A DNA stretch of 64,000 nt from positions 2,336,001 to 2,400,000 of the forward strand of contig OY969564.1 of assembly GCA_963701095.1 (NCBI GenBank). The letters are read 5' to 3'. Below, piece by piece: positions 1 through 9,559 of the stretch. The position numbers were made by a program, and so were the translations under genes. Position 1 is the first letter of the stretch; every line of letters begins with the position of its first letter. The DNA comes from an uncultured Methanoregulaceae archaeon. GTDB lineage: Archaea; Halobacteriota; Methanomicrobia; Methanomicrobiales; Methanospirillaceae. The notes under the pieces are model-generated. The model was not told where the DNA came from and searched no databases. It was given only the letters and a program-made list of their open reading frames with translations.

Positions 1-392
1 ATCCGGGCCGGGATACTCCAGCTGTATTTTCCGGTAAATGCGGAACAATCCGTGGTAAAGAAAATATCATATTCCGATAATGCCGAACTTCCCGGGGGGT
101 CAGCGACCGTTCTTCCGGGTATGTGTAATATGTTGCCGGAAATAAACGTTCCCCCGGCGGATCCATGGCCGATATCGCCCATAACGGCAGTTCCCTGGTT
201 AAACTGGATAGTTACCGGGCTCTGTGTGGTAGTAGCTCCCCCATTACAGCCGGAATCGTCTTCCGTTACCGTCACCTGCCATTGGGTTGACCCGCTGTAG
301 GAACTCCAGTTCCAGGGTTGGGGCGTAGTGTCAGCGAGAACAGGCACAACAACCAGCATGACCAGGATACATCCTAAAACATTCCTGAGCAT
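1..392 (-). CDS. Secreted hypothetical protein, runs off the window start (partial)
   Basis: Read manually from ATG at 392: MLRNVLGCILVMLVVVPVLA-DTTPQPWNWSSYSGSTQWQVTV..., signal-peptide-like N-terminus; absent from the ORF track because it has no stop in the window. Confidence 0.75.
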   Translation of the reverse strand, partial: MLRNVLGCILVMLVVVPVLADTTPQPWNWSSYSGSTQWQVTVTEDDSGCNGGATTTQSPVTIQFNQGTAVMGDIGHGSAGGTFISGNILHIPGRTVADPPGSSALSEYDIFFTTDCSAFTGKYSWSIPAR

Positions 393-517
393 ATACAGCC
401 CTTTTTCAAATCCATGGGATATATCGGTATCTTTTTGGGTGCCCGGATGACGTTTCCGTGTAATTCATCAAAAATAATATAAACGAATCGTCCGATACAA
501 CTCCGCCAGAGGAGACT

Positions 518-1291
518 ATGCCCATAAGCGGATTCAACCTGCTTTCCGGCATCGGCATGATAGCTGTCGGTGCCAGTGCAATGGTATACTGGCACCTGAA
601 ATACCATACCGGCCTCAAGTACTTTTTAATCGGGGGCATTCTCTGGGCGATTGCGATTGGGATCAAGCTCGCCATGGACCTGACTATCACCCAGCCAATC
701 CAGTCGGCGTTGCTTGCAGATTTTCCGGTTTTCACCGTTGTTGTGATAATGTCGTTATACCTGGGCCTGCGAACCGGGTTCCTGGAAAGCGGTATCACGT
801 ACCTCGTTGTAAAACATACGTCCCTGGCCCATTCCGGGTTTAAGGAAGCAGTTGCTTTAGGTATCGGGTTTGGCGGTACCGAAGCCATTGTGCTCGGGAT
901 CTCTTCGTTCGCAAGTGTTCTGGCGCTTCTCCTTTCTCCTTCATTGCAGGGTACCCTGACCCCGGCAGTCCTTGCCCAGTTCGCTCCGGCATTTATCCCG
1001 CTTCCGGTGATCGAACGCGTTTTTACCCTTTTTATCCATGTATTTGCCGTGGTCCTGGTGGTCTATGCAGACAGGTGCCGGAAACTCCGCTGGCTCTGGC
1101 TGTCGGTTTTCCTGAAAACGATCACCGACGGTGCGCTACCCCTGTTCGCCTATTCTTTCACCGGCCCGGGGATACGATCCGTTCTCCCCGTCGAGGGATA
1201 TATTGCGGTACTGGGGATCATCTCCCTTGCCGGTCTATACCTGATTCAGGAGCGGTTCAACGAACTGCCGGTTATACCAGAACTTGAATAG
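518..1291 (+). CDS. YhfC/PrsW-like intramembrane glutamic/metalloprotease
   Basis: Multi-TM; motifs GFLESG, GIGFGGTEA, IERVFTLFIH; GGAG SD upstream. Confidence 0.8.
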   Translation: MPISGFNLLSGIGMIAVGASAMVYWHLKYHTGLKYFLIGGILWAIAIGIKLAMDLTITQPIQSALLADFPVFTVVVIMSLYLGLRTGFLESGITYLVVKHTSLAHSGFKEAVALGIGFGGTEAIVLGISSFASVLALLLSPSLQGTLTPAVLAQFAPAFIPLPVIERVFTLFIHVFAVVLVVYADRCRKLRWLWLSVFLKTITDGALPLFAYSFTGPGIRSVLPVEGYIAVLGIISLAGLYLIQERFNELPVIPELE

Positions 1292-1356
1292 GAAGCAGAA
1301 GAACATGAACCCTGACAGGTATATCCTGTTACCGGGCTTTACGTTAGGAAGAAGAA

Positions 1357-1387
1357 GATCTTCGGGGCTTCCCTCCCCTGGCCGCGT
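1357..1387 (+). repeat. Degenerate copy (E) of the dispersed hairpin repeat
   Basis: CGGGGCTTCCCTCCCCTGGCCGCGT matches the core of copies at 6507, 8049, 11097, 23695. Confidence 0.55.
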
Positions 1388-1601
1388 ATTCTGACGCCGG
1401 ATTTTCAGTTTTTTATAGAGAAAAACGTCTCTGGTGCCTTCATCAGATCATTACCTGAACATTACCACTTCGAAGAAAAGTAACACGGTGTACCTTAACA
1501 GAACGTAGCAGGAAATTAAGTAAATTCGTTGGTTGTTGCAAAAAAAAGACGTTGCAAAAATTGATAATTGAGATAACTTTTATTATTCGTCATAGTGGAG
1601 G

Positions 1602-1823
1602 ATGATACCTATGCCATACACATGGAAAACAAAAATTGATGTCGATGAAACCATTGTTGTGATCATGAGTGTTCTTGACAAGCACCCGGACCTTCCGAAC
1701 TGGCTGATTGTCACGATAATTGGCTCAATTGCCGGTTCAGATAAAAAAATGGTCAAGTATTTCTTCAACGAAGTGGAAAAACACGCCCCGTCTGCCCTGA
1801 AATATTTCGAATCAACCCAGTAG
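1602..1823 (+). CDS. Small hypothetical protein
   Basis: 73 aa ORF, GGAGGA SD. Confidence 0.65.
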   Translation: MIPMPYTWKTKIDVDETIVVIMSVLDKHPDLPNWLIVTIIGSIAGSDKKMVKYFFNEVEKHAPSALKYFESTQ

Positions 1824-1840
1824 AAGGATGAAGATTAATC

Positions 1841-2110
1841 ATGGATGTATTGGGTTCTCTTGTCGGTATCATCCTCGCAATTATCGTGGTAGTTATCATC
1901 TTTTTGCTCCTGAAAGACGTAGTAGCCCTGGTTATCAACGCAATCGTAGGTGTCATCGCCCTTTTTCTTTTAAACCTGTTTCACATAATGAGCCTTTTTG
2001 GTGCTACCGATCTTCCGATCGACTGGATTACTATCCTGATCTCTGCAATTGGTGGACTGCTCGGTGTGGTTATCGTCATCGTCCTGCATCTGGTAGGAGT
2101 TGCGTTATAG
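1841..2110 (+). CDS. BofA-family (pro-sigmaK processing inhibitor-like) small membrane protein
   Basis: Pattern INAIVGVIALFLLN...LPIDWITILISAIGGLLGV. Confidence 0.75.
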   Translation: MDVLGSLVGIILAIIVVVIIFLLLKDVVALVINAIVGVIALFLLNLFHIMSLFGATDLPIDWITILISAIGGLLGVVIVIVLHLVGVAL

Positions 2111-2224
2111 GTCATTCAACAGAGCGGATAGGACTACATTTTCGGGAGGAGCAGGTATCGAACACCTTGAGTAATGCTCCATCCGCAAGATTCTTTCATC
2201 ACCTGATAAGGATCTGTTTTTGCC

Positions 2225-2392
2225 TTACGTTGATTTGGATTTGGACATGAGGACTACGACGCCTGCCGCAATTGCAACCAGTCCCGCCAGAACGACTACT
2301 ATTTTTACCAATACGATCGTGAAAACAATGAGTACTGCAAATGCGACTAACAACAATCCAACAATAATCGCAGCCAAACCAAGCCAGTTCAT
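2225..2392 (-). CDS. Small 2-TM membrane protein (55 aa), not in ORF track
   Basis: MNWLGLAAIIVGLLLVAFAVLIVFTIVLVKIVVVLAGLVAIAAGVVVLMSKSKST*, CAGGAGAGGA SD upstream. Confidence 0.7.
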   Translation of the reverse strand: MNWLGLAAIIVGLLLVAFAVLIVFTIVLVKIVVVLAGLVAIAAGVVVLMSKSKST

Positions 2393-2813
2393 GAATCAAT
2401 TCCTCTCCTGTTCTGATTGATGAATGAATACATCACATCTGATATTTAGGGATTGCGTGGGCGGCAGGGCGGACAGTAATATATTGCCATATGATCCCCT
2501 GGTATGCTGGGAAAGGTGTTATACTGCGATTTGCGACGCGATTGTGATACATGCTGGTTCTGGTGCCTTGTCGGGACGTTTGTCCCGCGTGCAGAACTGC
2601 CAGACCCCCGGTGCGCCAATGCCAATGGAGCTCCCTGGTTCGGACTGAAGATTTGTCCCCCAGAAAGAACGGGTACATTCTCCGGGTGTCTTCGGTTCCG
2701 AAGGCGGACTAAAAAAAGTCTTTTATTTTACCTTTTTTCACAATTAACAAAGCGTTATTTAAAAAATTATGATGATTTAGTTTAATTAAATACAAACATG
2801 GAGTTGAAGGATT

Positions 2814-3484
2814 GTGGAGATAGTACCTGGAATTCACCAAGTCGATGGTGTAAATGGTAATTGTTTTATTATTGTTCGGGACGAGCTAACACTTATCGAT
2901 ACGGGAATGCCCGGAAACAGGGCAAAAATAGTAAAATATATTCAGGATGTTCTTAAACGTGAACCTTCAGAAATCAAAACTATCGTCCTGACACACTTTC
3001 ATGTTGATCACGTGGGTGACGCTTTCGATCTCAAAGAACTGAGCGGTGCGAAGGTGGCCATTCATGAAGCGGATGCGGACTATGTTTCCGGGAGAAAAAC
3101 CCAGCCTGTACCGAGAGGTGGTATAGGAATGATCCTTAAATTCCTCATGCCCCTGTTTTTCAGATCAAAGCCTGTTGAACCGGATATAAAGCTCGGCGAC
3201 GGTGACACAATCGCTGGTCTCACCACAATTCATACACCAGGACATACACCGGGAAGTATTTGTCTTTTTGATCCGGCATCAAAAATTCTGTTTGCAGGGG
3301 ATCTATTGAGGTTTGACGGCATTAACATCAAAACAGGGCCATTAACCTTATACCCGGTGAGGTAAAAAAATCAATCAATAAAATCGCCGCAATTGATTTT
3401 GATATCATGCTGTCGGGACACGGGATACCTCTTAGACCCGATGCGTCGGTAAAGGTCCGGGAGTTTGCAAAATCATTACCCTGA
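2814..3484 (+). CDS. MBL-fold metallo-hydrolase, frameshifted near 3345
   Basis: THFHVDH, HTPGHTPG, AGD motifs; C-terminus continues in another frame (...FDIMLSGHG...KSLP*) to 3484. Confidence 0.88.
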
Positions 3485-3585
3485 GTTCTCAGAGATGCAA
3501 TCTGGGAATTTCATTCCATTCGATTTTTCGATTAACAGTTCGTTATCGGTTATTTAAATAACCTCAAAGGACATCCAGATCTGAA

Positions 3586-4269
3586 CTAGGATGCAGTACC
3601 GGCGCTCTCATAAACCCGGGTTAGGTACCTCGCATAGAATATGGTAAGGATTGGCAGAACAAAAGCGAAGAGCACGGCTGCAATGACCACTCCTGGCATG
3701 AGCAGTTTAATTATCAGCACAGCACAGACAGCCTCAAGGATGAGCCCGGGTATCAGGACAACAATAATACCGATTATCAGTGCCAGGATATAGGATAACC
3801 AGCCAATCTTTTTTATCGTTGCAATAATTTCCCCGAAATTAAAAGCTTCGCCGAATTTTGCAGTGCGTGCGAAACGGATCAAGCCCATTGGCTGAATAAG
3901 GGTAATAATAATGACGACGATGGCCAGAAGACCTATGAGGACTGGACTAACCATACCTGATATCATTCCCGCCGGAGTGTTTTTGAGTGAGGGAAAAGCC
4001 AGACCAACTACGAGGAACCAGAGGATAATTGCAGGTATTGCATACACTAAACTGACGATAATGAAACGTATGCCGTCAACGATGAGTTTAGGCCAGTTCT
4101 CTACTTCGGGAGCAGGTGTTGTTCCCCGGTATACACCCATGATGTATCCCATCAGGGGGATAACGAGAATAAGTGTGGCAATAACCAGGAGCAGCCACGT
4201 CTTCATCTTGTCAATGACACCTTCCTTTACATAGGTAAAGGAGTTCCCGATAAGCGTTCCATAATCCAT
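3586..4269 (-). CDS. DUF4013-family membrane protein
   Basis: MDYG..IGNSF.Y, PLMGY, PEVENW, RFART.KFGEAFNF patterns. Confidence 0.8.
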   Translation of the reverse strand: MDYGTLIGNSFTYVKEGVIDKMKTWLLLVIATLILVIPLMGYIMGVYRGTTPAPEVENWPKLIVDGIRFIIVSLVYAIPAIILWFLVVGLAFPSLKNTPAGMISGMVSPVLIGLLAIVVIIITLIQPMGLIRFARTAKFGEAFNFGEIIATIKKIGWLSYILALIIGIIVVLIPGLILEAVCAVLIIKLLMPGVVIAAVLFAFVLPILTIFYARYLTRVYESAGTAS

Positions 4270-4448
4270 TTTATTTCACCTGAAGGATATGCTCCAATGT
4301 GATTGTTGATGTAATAATTACCCGGTTTCGCATATTCTCCGTGATCGATTCTGTTCCTACACGATAATTATTGCCCTTCAGATGCGTTCCTCTCCCACGA
4401 AGGATTTATCATACATACGTGAACTACTACAACCGGGGAGGAGTCACT

Positions 4449-4685
4449 ATGGACGAAACAAAAGACAAACTTGGTATATTTATTCCGGCAACATTCGCGA
4501 AGAGAATGATCCTGTATATAGTCATAGATCTGCTTCTGATTAACCTGATAGTGTTTTACTGGCATGAAAACATGCCATTACCTGTGGTTCTCGGTGTAAT
4601 TCTCATAGAGGTGATAGCTCTTGCTGCCGCCTTTGCATTCTGGATCCCGCAGTATCAGCGAGCAGGCGCTCATGTAAGGTGGTAA
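4449..4685 (+). CDS. Small membrane protein upstream of the ABC transporter
   Basis: GGAGGAG SD before MDETKDK; two hydrophobic segments. Confidence 0.65.
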   Translation: MDETKDKLGIFIPATFAKRMILYIVIDLLLINLIVFYWHENMPLPVVLGVILIEVIALAAAFAFWIPQYQRAGAHVRW

Positions 4686-4746
4686 ACATGAGTTTTCCGA
4701 CACGAAATCTCTCGGAAACTCCCGTCACAGTATTGGGTGCAGCGGC

Positions 4747-5667
4747 ATGATCGATGCAATAAACCTCACGAAAAAATTCGGGGACCTTACCGGGGTCGAC
4801 AGCCTGACGTTCCATGTCAGTGAAGGCGAGGTCTTCGGTTTCCTCGGCCCCAATGGTGCCGGAAAAACGACCACGGTCCGCATGCTCTGCTGCCTTATCT
4901 CAAAGACCAGCGGGGAGGCAAAGATCGCCGGGTATGATACCACAAACGACGCCGATTCCCTGAAGATCCGCAGGATCATTGGTTTTATGCCGGAAAATGT
5001 CGGCCTTTACAGCGAACTAAGCGCCTACCAGAATCTCGATTTTTACGCCAAGCTGTATGATCGTACCGAACAACAAAGAAAAGAGAGTATCGAACGCCTG
5101 CTCAGGCTGCTCGGGCTCTGGGAAAAGAAAGACGTAGCCGTGGGAACATTCTCCAAAGGCATGAAACAGAAAGTGGCCATTGCCCGTGCGCTGGTGCACG
5201 ATCCGGAGATCCTGTTTCTGGATGAACCAACGGCCAACCTGGACCCAGAAGCGGCCAAAACGGTCCGGGACTTTATCACGGAACTGAAAAAAGAGAAGAA
5301 GACCATCTTCCTCAACACGCACAACCTCGACGAGGCACAGAAACTCTGCGACCGCATCGGTATTCTCAAAACACATCTGCTCCGCATAGGGACTCCGGAA
5401 GAGCTGAAAGAGTCGCTCTGGGGTAGTAAAACGGTTATCCAGCTTGAAGAGGTCGACGACAGGATAGTTTCGGCAGTCAGACAACACACTTCAGGAAAGG
5501 TGGTGGTCGAAGACCATCGGTTGGTAATCGATGTAAAGAACGCCGGAAAAGAAAATCCCGGTCTGGTCCAGGCCATCGTGGCCGCGGGGGGCCGGGTCCA
5601 GTTCGTCCAGGGACTCAATCCCACCCTTGAAGACGTATACCTGAAGACCGTGAGGGAAACGCTATGA
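4747..5667 (+). CDS. ABC-2 type transporter ATP-binding protein
   Basis: Walker A GPNGAGKTT, signature FSKGMKQK, Walker B LFLDEP. Confidence 0.95.
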   Translation: MIDAINLTKKFGDLTGVDSLTFHVSEGEVFGFLGPNGAGKTTTVRMLCCLISKTSGEAKIAGYDTTNDADSLKIRRIIGFMPENVGLYSELSAYQNLDFYAKLYDRTEQQRKESIERLLRLLGLWEKKDVAVGTFSKGMKQKVAIARALVHDPEILFLDEPTANLDPEAAKTVRDFITELKKEKKTIFLNTHNLDEAQKLCDRIGILKTHLLRIGTPEELKESLWGSKTVIQLEEVDDRIVSAVRQHTSGKVVVEDHRLVIDVKNAGKENPGLVQAIVAAGGRVQFVQGLNPTLEDVYLKTVRETL

Positions 5668-6410
5668 GATTTTCAAAAGCATGGATCATCGCGTCGAAAG
5701 ATATCGACATCTTCCGGAAAAAGAAGAGTATCTTCTACAGCGTGATCCTTCTTCCTCTCTTTGTATCCGTCGGTCTGCCCCTGATGATCTTCTTTCTTTC
5801 AGCAGGATCCGGCAGTAGCATTTCAGATGTCCAGTCAGGCCTGCCCCCTGTCATAAATGCATTCTCGTTTGTGTTCCTGATCGGTGCTGCAAGCCTCCCG
5901 ACCGTGATCGCATCCTACAGTATTGTGGGTGAAAAACAGGAACAGAGCCTGGAGCCCCTGCTCGCCACCCCCACCACCGACAGCGAGATCCTCCTGGGAA
6001 AAAGCATCGGGGCACTCCTTCCCCCCCTGGTTGCCATCTGGATCGGTGGGGTGATCTTCATGTGCATGATCGACGCCGTCACCTCTGGTCTGCTTGGCTA
6101 CCTCTATTATCCCAACGGAATGATAGCGGTCATCATGCTGCTCCTGGTGCCCCTGGCAGCTATCACGGCGGTGGAAGTGAGCGTGATTTTCTCGGCCCGG
6201 ATAAACGATGTACGGACCGCACAGCAGCTCGGGTCCCTGATCGTGATCCCCTTTGCGGTGATCTACCTGCTCGGGGAGATAAACGTGTACCCGCTTACGA
6301 TACCCTATCTCCTCATCATCTCGGTAATCATTCTTGTCGCCGACGTAGGGCTTTTCTCTCTTGCTGTGTCTACATTCCGGAGAGACGAGATCCTCACAAA
6401 GTGGAAATGA
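5664..6410 (+). CDS. ABC-2 type transporter permease
   Basis: SIVGEKQEQSLEPLLATP motif, ~6 TM, ATGA overlap with ATPase. Confidence 0.92.
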   Translation: MRFSKAWIIASKDIDIFRKKKSIFYSVILLPLFVSVGLPLMIFFLSAGSGSSISDVQSGLPPVINAFSFVFLIGAASLPTVIASYSIVGEKQEQSLEPLLATPTTDSEILLGKSIGALLPPLVAIWIGGVIFMCMIDAVTSGLLGYLYYPNGMIAVIMLLLVPLAAITAVEVSVIFSARINDVRTAQQLGSLIVIPFAVIYLLGEINVYPLTIPYLLIISVIILVADVGLFSLAVSTFRRDEILTKWK

Positions 6411-6414
6411 AATC

Positions 6415-6490
6415 CTGCATGTGCCAATAAGATCCCTGGTACGCTGGGTGTGTCCGTGATGACACGAGGCGGGATGCGGAGGGTTATTGA
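6415..6490 (+). pseudogene. Eroded remnant of a HIT gene 3' end
   Basis: GATCCCTGGTACGCTGGGTGTGTCCG...CACGAGGCGGGATGCGG...TATTGA aligns by eye to the 3' ends of the HIT genes (GATCCCCCGGTATGCCGGGGATGTCCGG...CACGGGGTGGGATACG...TATTGA). Confidence 0.6.
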
Positions 6491-6506
6491 GGGAATTTTT
6501 TCAGAA

Positions 6507-6546
6507 GACGCATCACCGGGGCTTTTCGCCCCTAGCCGCGTGGGCT
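6507..6546 (+). repeat. Dispersed hairpin repeat copy A
   Basis: GACGCATCACCGGGGCTTTTCGCCCCTAGCCGCGTGGGCT. Confidence 0.8.
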
Positions 6547-6724
6547 AACTCCCGGAGGTTTAGTCATTGACGAGTATTTTTCCTTAACCTCTCATTACAA
6601 AAACCAATTACTCCGGTATCCTTATTGTTGCTCTCCACGCTGGGAAATTTCTGAAGTATTGGGAAAAACGTACGAGATGGACAAAGTAACAGGATGAACT
6701 TTGTATCAAACCGGTTTCTGAACG

Positions 6725-6763
6725 TTAATGCACATAATGTGCATTAAGCGCTAAATGTGCATT
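6725..6763. promoter_or_regulatory. Perfect 23 bp palindrome plus third half-site; putative protein-binding site
   Basis: TTAATGCACAT-A-ATGTGCATTAA (6725-6747), extra AATGTGCATT at 6754-6763. Confidence 0.45.
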
Positions 6764-6776
6764 CGCTGACCGGGAA

Positions 6777-7248
6777 CTATGGAAGAACTGCCTGCCGCCA
6801 TTGATCGGCTGGTGTTTTTTTTGCATCGAGCCAATCGAAAAGGTTCATGGTAGGGCTGTCTTTGTGGAAGTATTCCGGGTTCACACAATCGGTGCCAACG
6901 GCCGACCAGGAGCCCCCCTCCATAAAATCAATTCGGACGTGTTCATCTTTTGTATTCACAAATATGATCTTGATGTTGGCATATTGCGTCCATTCTTTGG
7001 CTATATCCATGACTTTAGCCCGTTGCAAATCCTTACCGCCGATAAAGCGGCACTTCAACTCAAAACCCGCTGGCCACATTTTATTGTTTTGGATAGCCAT
7101 CAGCGGGACCGCAATACCCATCTTCGGGTTAACAGTACCGCTTAGTGCCATGCAGCGCTGCGGCGATATATGCCTGATGCTTCTTCGAATTTGCCACTTC
7201 TTTAGGAATGATACGATCGAAACAGATTTTAAGATTAGATTTCTTCAT
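6777..7248 (-). pseudogene. Truncated astacin/M12A-like zinc metallopeptidase
   Basis: N-terminus MKKSNLKICFDRIIP, then frameshift; W..G..L.CRFIGG, AKEWTQYANI, GSWSAVGTD, PTMN; stops at VLP* where VLHEFGH would be expected. Confidence 0.7.
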
Positions 7249-7434
7249 ACCGGTGGTCCTCCTTTTTCGATAACGAATTCCTGAGAAGAAACCCTGAGGT
7301 TCCTCCATAACATCTCCCTTTTTGGGTACCGAGAATATAATTATTAATAATATAATAACTAGCTCATGTTTGTACCGGATTTTCAGTTATTATAGAGAAA
7401 AAGCAATAATTCCTGAACTGATATATCTGGTTAT

Positions 7435-7665
7435 ATGGGATCGTTTGATCTCGAAAATTTCAAAACGATCAATACGATTATTGAGCGTGACAGCAAGGAC
7501 GCGACCTACAAGTTTGCCCTGTTACGCGGTGTCATCGAGATTTCGCAGGAATACCAGCAACTGGTAAAAGAATCCGGGGATCGTGTTTCGCTTCCTCTCG
7601 GTCTTCTCATTGAGAAATGCGCATATCTTATTGATGTCCGGGGGTTTGATGCATGGCGCCGGTGA
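7435..7665 (+). pseudogene. Internally deleted copy of the HNH nuclease gene (N- and C-termini only)
   Basis: Near-identical to 9560..10714 ends; 924 bp in-frame deletion at TGAGAAATG/TGAAAAATG. Confidence 0.9.
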
Positions 7666-8030
7666 AATGCCCGTTCTGTAATCCGCTGGCTGAAGATATT
7701 ATTGCACGGAACGATCTCTGTTATGCCCGCTGGGACCGGTTCCCGGTGAGTAAGGGGCATTTATTGATTATTCCGTTCCGGCATGTACCGGATTTCTTTT
7801 CAATGACTGTTGAAGAGAAACAGGCGATGGTTGGCCTGATTGATGCGTGCAAAGGTGTCATTGAGGAAAATTTCCAACCGGCCGGCTATAACCTCGGGAT
7901 CAACGTTGGCGCAGCGGCCGGGCAGACGGTGATGCACTGCCATTGCCATATGATCCCCCGGTATGCCGGGGATGTCCGGAACCCGAGAGGCGGTGTACGG
8001 GGGATTGTCCCGGGGAAGAAGGAGTATTGA
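7653..8030 (+). CDS. HIT family nucleotide hydrolase (copy 1)
   Basis: CPFC, PVSKGHLLIIP, histidine triad GQTVMHCHCHMIPR. Confidence 0.95.
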   Translation: MAPVKCPFCNPLAEDIIARNDLCYARWDRFPVSKGHLLIIPFRHVPDFFSMTVEEKQAMVGLIDACKGVIEENFQPAGYNLGINVGAAAGQTVMHCHCHMIPRYAGDVRNPRGGVRGIVPGKKEY

Positions 8031-8048
8031 TGGGGGATTTTTCTAGCG

Positions 8049-8087
8049 GACGCTCACCGGGGCTTACCGCCCCTTGACGCGTGGGCT
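8049..8087 (+). repeat. Dispersed hairpin repeat copy B
   Basis: GACGCTCACCGGGGCTTACCGCCCCTTGACGCGTGGGCT. Confidence 0.8.
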
Positions 8088-8157
8088 TTCCCCAAAGGGA
8101 TGGCAATGACGTGAAAAAAGATCCTCGAATGACAGTGCATCATAAAACCGGAAAAAC

Positions 8158-8235
8158 GATACACAACAGCTCTTGTGTATCACTGGTGAGACACAAGACT
8201 GCTTTGTGTCTCACGTTTGTATGATTATGATACAC
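8158..8235. repeat. Tandem inverted repeats built from a GA(T/G)ACACAA half-site
   Basis: GATACACAA-n6-TTGTGTATC; GTGAGACACAA-n7-TTGTGTCTCAC; extra TGATACAC at 8228. Confidence 0.7.
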
Positions 8236-8261
8236 TACGGTCCCGGACGATTATGGAAAAA

Positions 8262-9368
8262 TTACCAGCTGCTGCTCTCAGTGATGGCGATCAGCCGGGA
8301 GAATCGGTAAATCGTCGGGCTCGTTCCTTTCCCTTCCCGGGTTACCGTGAGGATATTCCCCGCTGTCAGCCCCTTCAGGACCCGGTGGGCGCTCGGCTTG
8401 GGAATTCCCGATTCCGCAATGAAATCGTAACTCTTGAAAATCGGGCGTGAGAAGAGCGTATCAATCGCCTTTATGGTATACTGCGAATGCGTTACCTCAG
8501 GGACTTCCTTTTTCATCTCTTCATAAAGCTCAATAATCGCCGTAGCTTTCTGGTTGTTCTCGGTCGCCTGTTCGATGAGCGCATGGAGGAAGAACCCTAT
8601 CCAGCCGTTCCAGTCGTTCTCACGGGAGATGGCAAGCAGCCTTTCGTAATATTCATCCCGGTGATGCTCGAGGTAAGCACTGATGTAGAACATCGGCGTT
8701 GAAAGGATCTTTTTGTTATAGAGGATGATGGGAACCAGCATCCGCCCGATTCTTCCATTCCCGTCGCGGAACGGATGGATGAGCTCAAACTGCGCTTTGA
8801 GTACCGCAAGCTGAACGAGCGGGTCCCGCTCTTCATTGTGCAGGTAATTCTCCCAGTTTGTGAGGGCATCCATAATGAGGTTCGGCGGGGGAGGAATGAA
8901 CGTGGCTCGTTCGATTGGCGTACCGTAAGGAGCGATGTAGTTCTGGATGCGGCGGATCTCCCCGGGCTCCCGGTCACGCCCCCGGACACTGGTCAGCAGG
9001 ATGCGGTGGAGATCGCGAATCATGTTTGTACAGATCGGCCGTTTTCCCAGATCCTCAACCGCAGCCCGCATTGCGGTCCGGTAATTGATGATCTCCTGGA
9101 TATCCAACCGTTTCTCCGGAGTAATCTTGTGTGCCTGGTCCGCTTCAAACTGCAGGACCTCTTCGAGGGATGCCTGAGTACCTTCTATCCGTGACGAGAG
9201 GACTGCTTCCCGGATGGCGAGCGGCGAAAGAAGGATCTCAGGATTGACAATGCCCTGGAGCAGGCCGTCATACCGGGCAAGGGCCGCATTCGCTTTACCG
9301 ATAAGGGGAATGTGTGCCATCCAGTCGATGTCATCGAGCGGGAGGGTCCGGGGCGTGTACGGCTCCAT
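8262..9368 (-). CDS. fic: Fic family protein (AMP transferase) with C-terminal wHTH
   Basis: Canonical HPFRDGNGRIGR; inhibitory motif SSRIEG; C-terminal HTH-like segment. Confidence 0.93.
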   Translation of the reverse strand: MEPYTPRTLPLDDIDWMAHIPLIGKANAALARYDGLLQGIVNPEILLSPLAIREAVLSSRIEGTQASLEEVLQFEADQAHKITPEKRLDIQEIINYRTAMRAAVEDLGKRPICTNMIRDLHRILLTSVRGRDREPGEIRRIQNYIAPYGTPIERATFIPPPPNLIMDALTNWENYLHNEERDPLVQLAVLKAQFELIHPFRDGNGRIGRMLVPIILYNKKILSTPMFYISAYLEHHRDEYYERLLAISRENDWNGWIGFFLHALIEQATENNQKATAIIELYEEMKKEVPEVTHSQYTIKAIDTLFSRPIFKSYDFIAESGIPKPSAHRVLKGLTAGNILTVTREGKGTSPTIYRFSRLIAITESSSW

Positions 9369-9559
9369 TTCTGACTTCAGTATAGTGTCTGGGAGAATAT
9401 TAGGTTTGGCAGAGGATTTACGAGGTTTTTCGACATTTCATTTGATGTGTGCTTCGTATCCTTATTGAAACCCGGGAATTTTACCCGTCGCTTATTCACG
9501 CTTTTATCCGGTTATTATAGAGGAAAAAGCAATAATTCCTGACAGATAAATCAGTTACT

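Noticed and set aside
2424..2785. Cys-rich short ORFs in this intergenic region
   Set aside because: Several overlapping frames, no clear SD or family motif; cannot choose one
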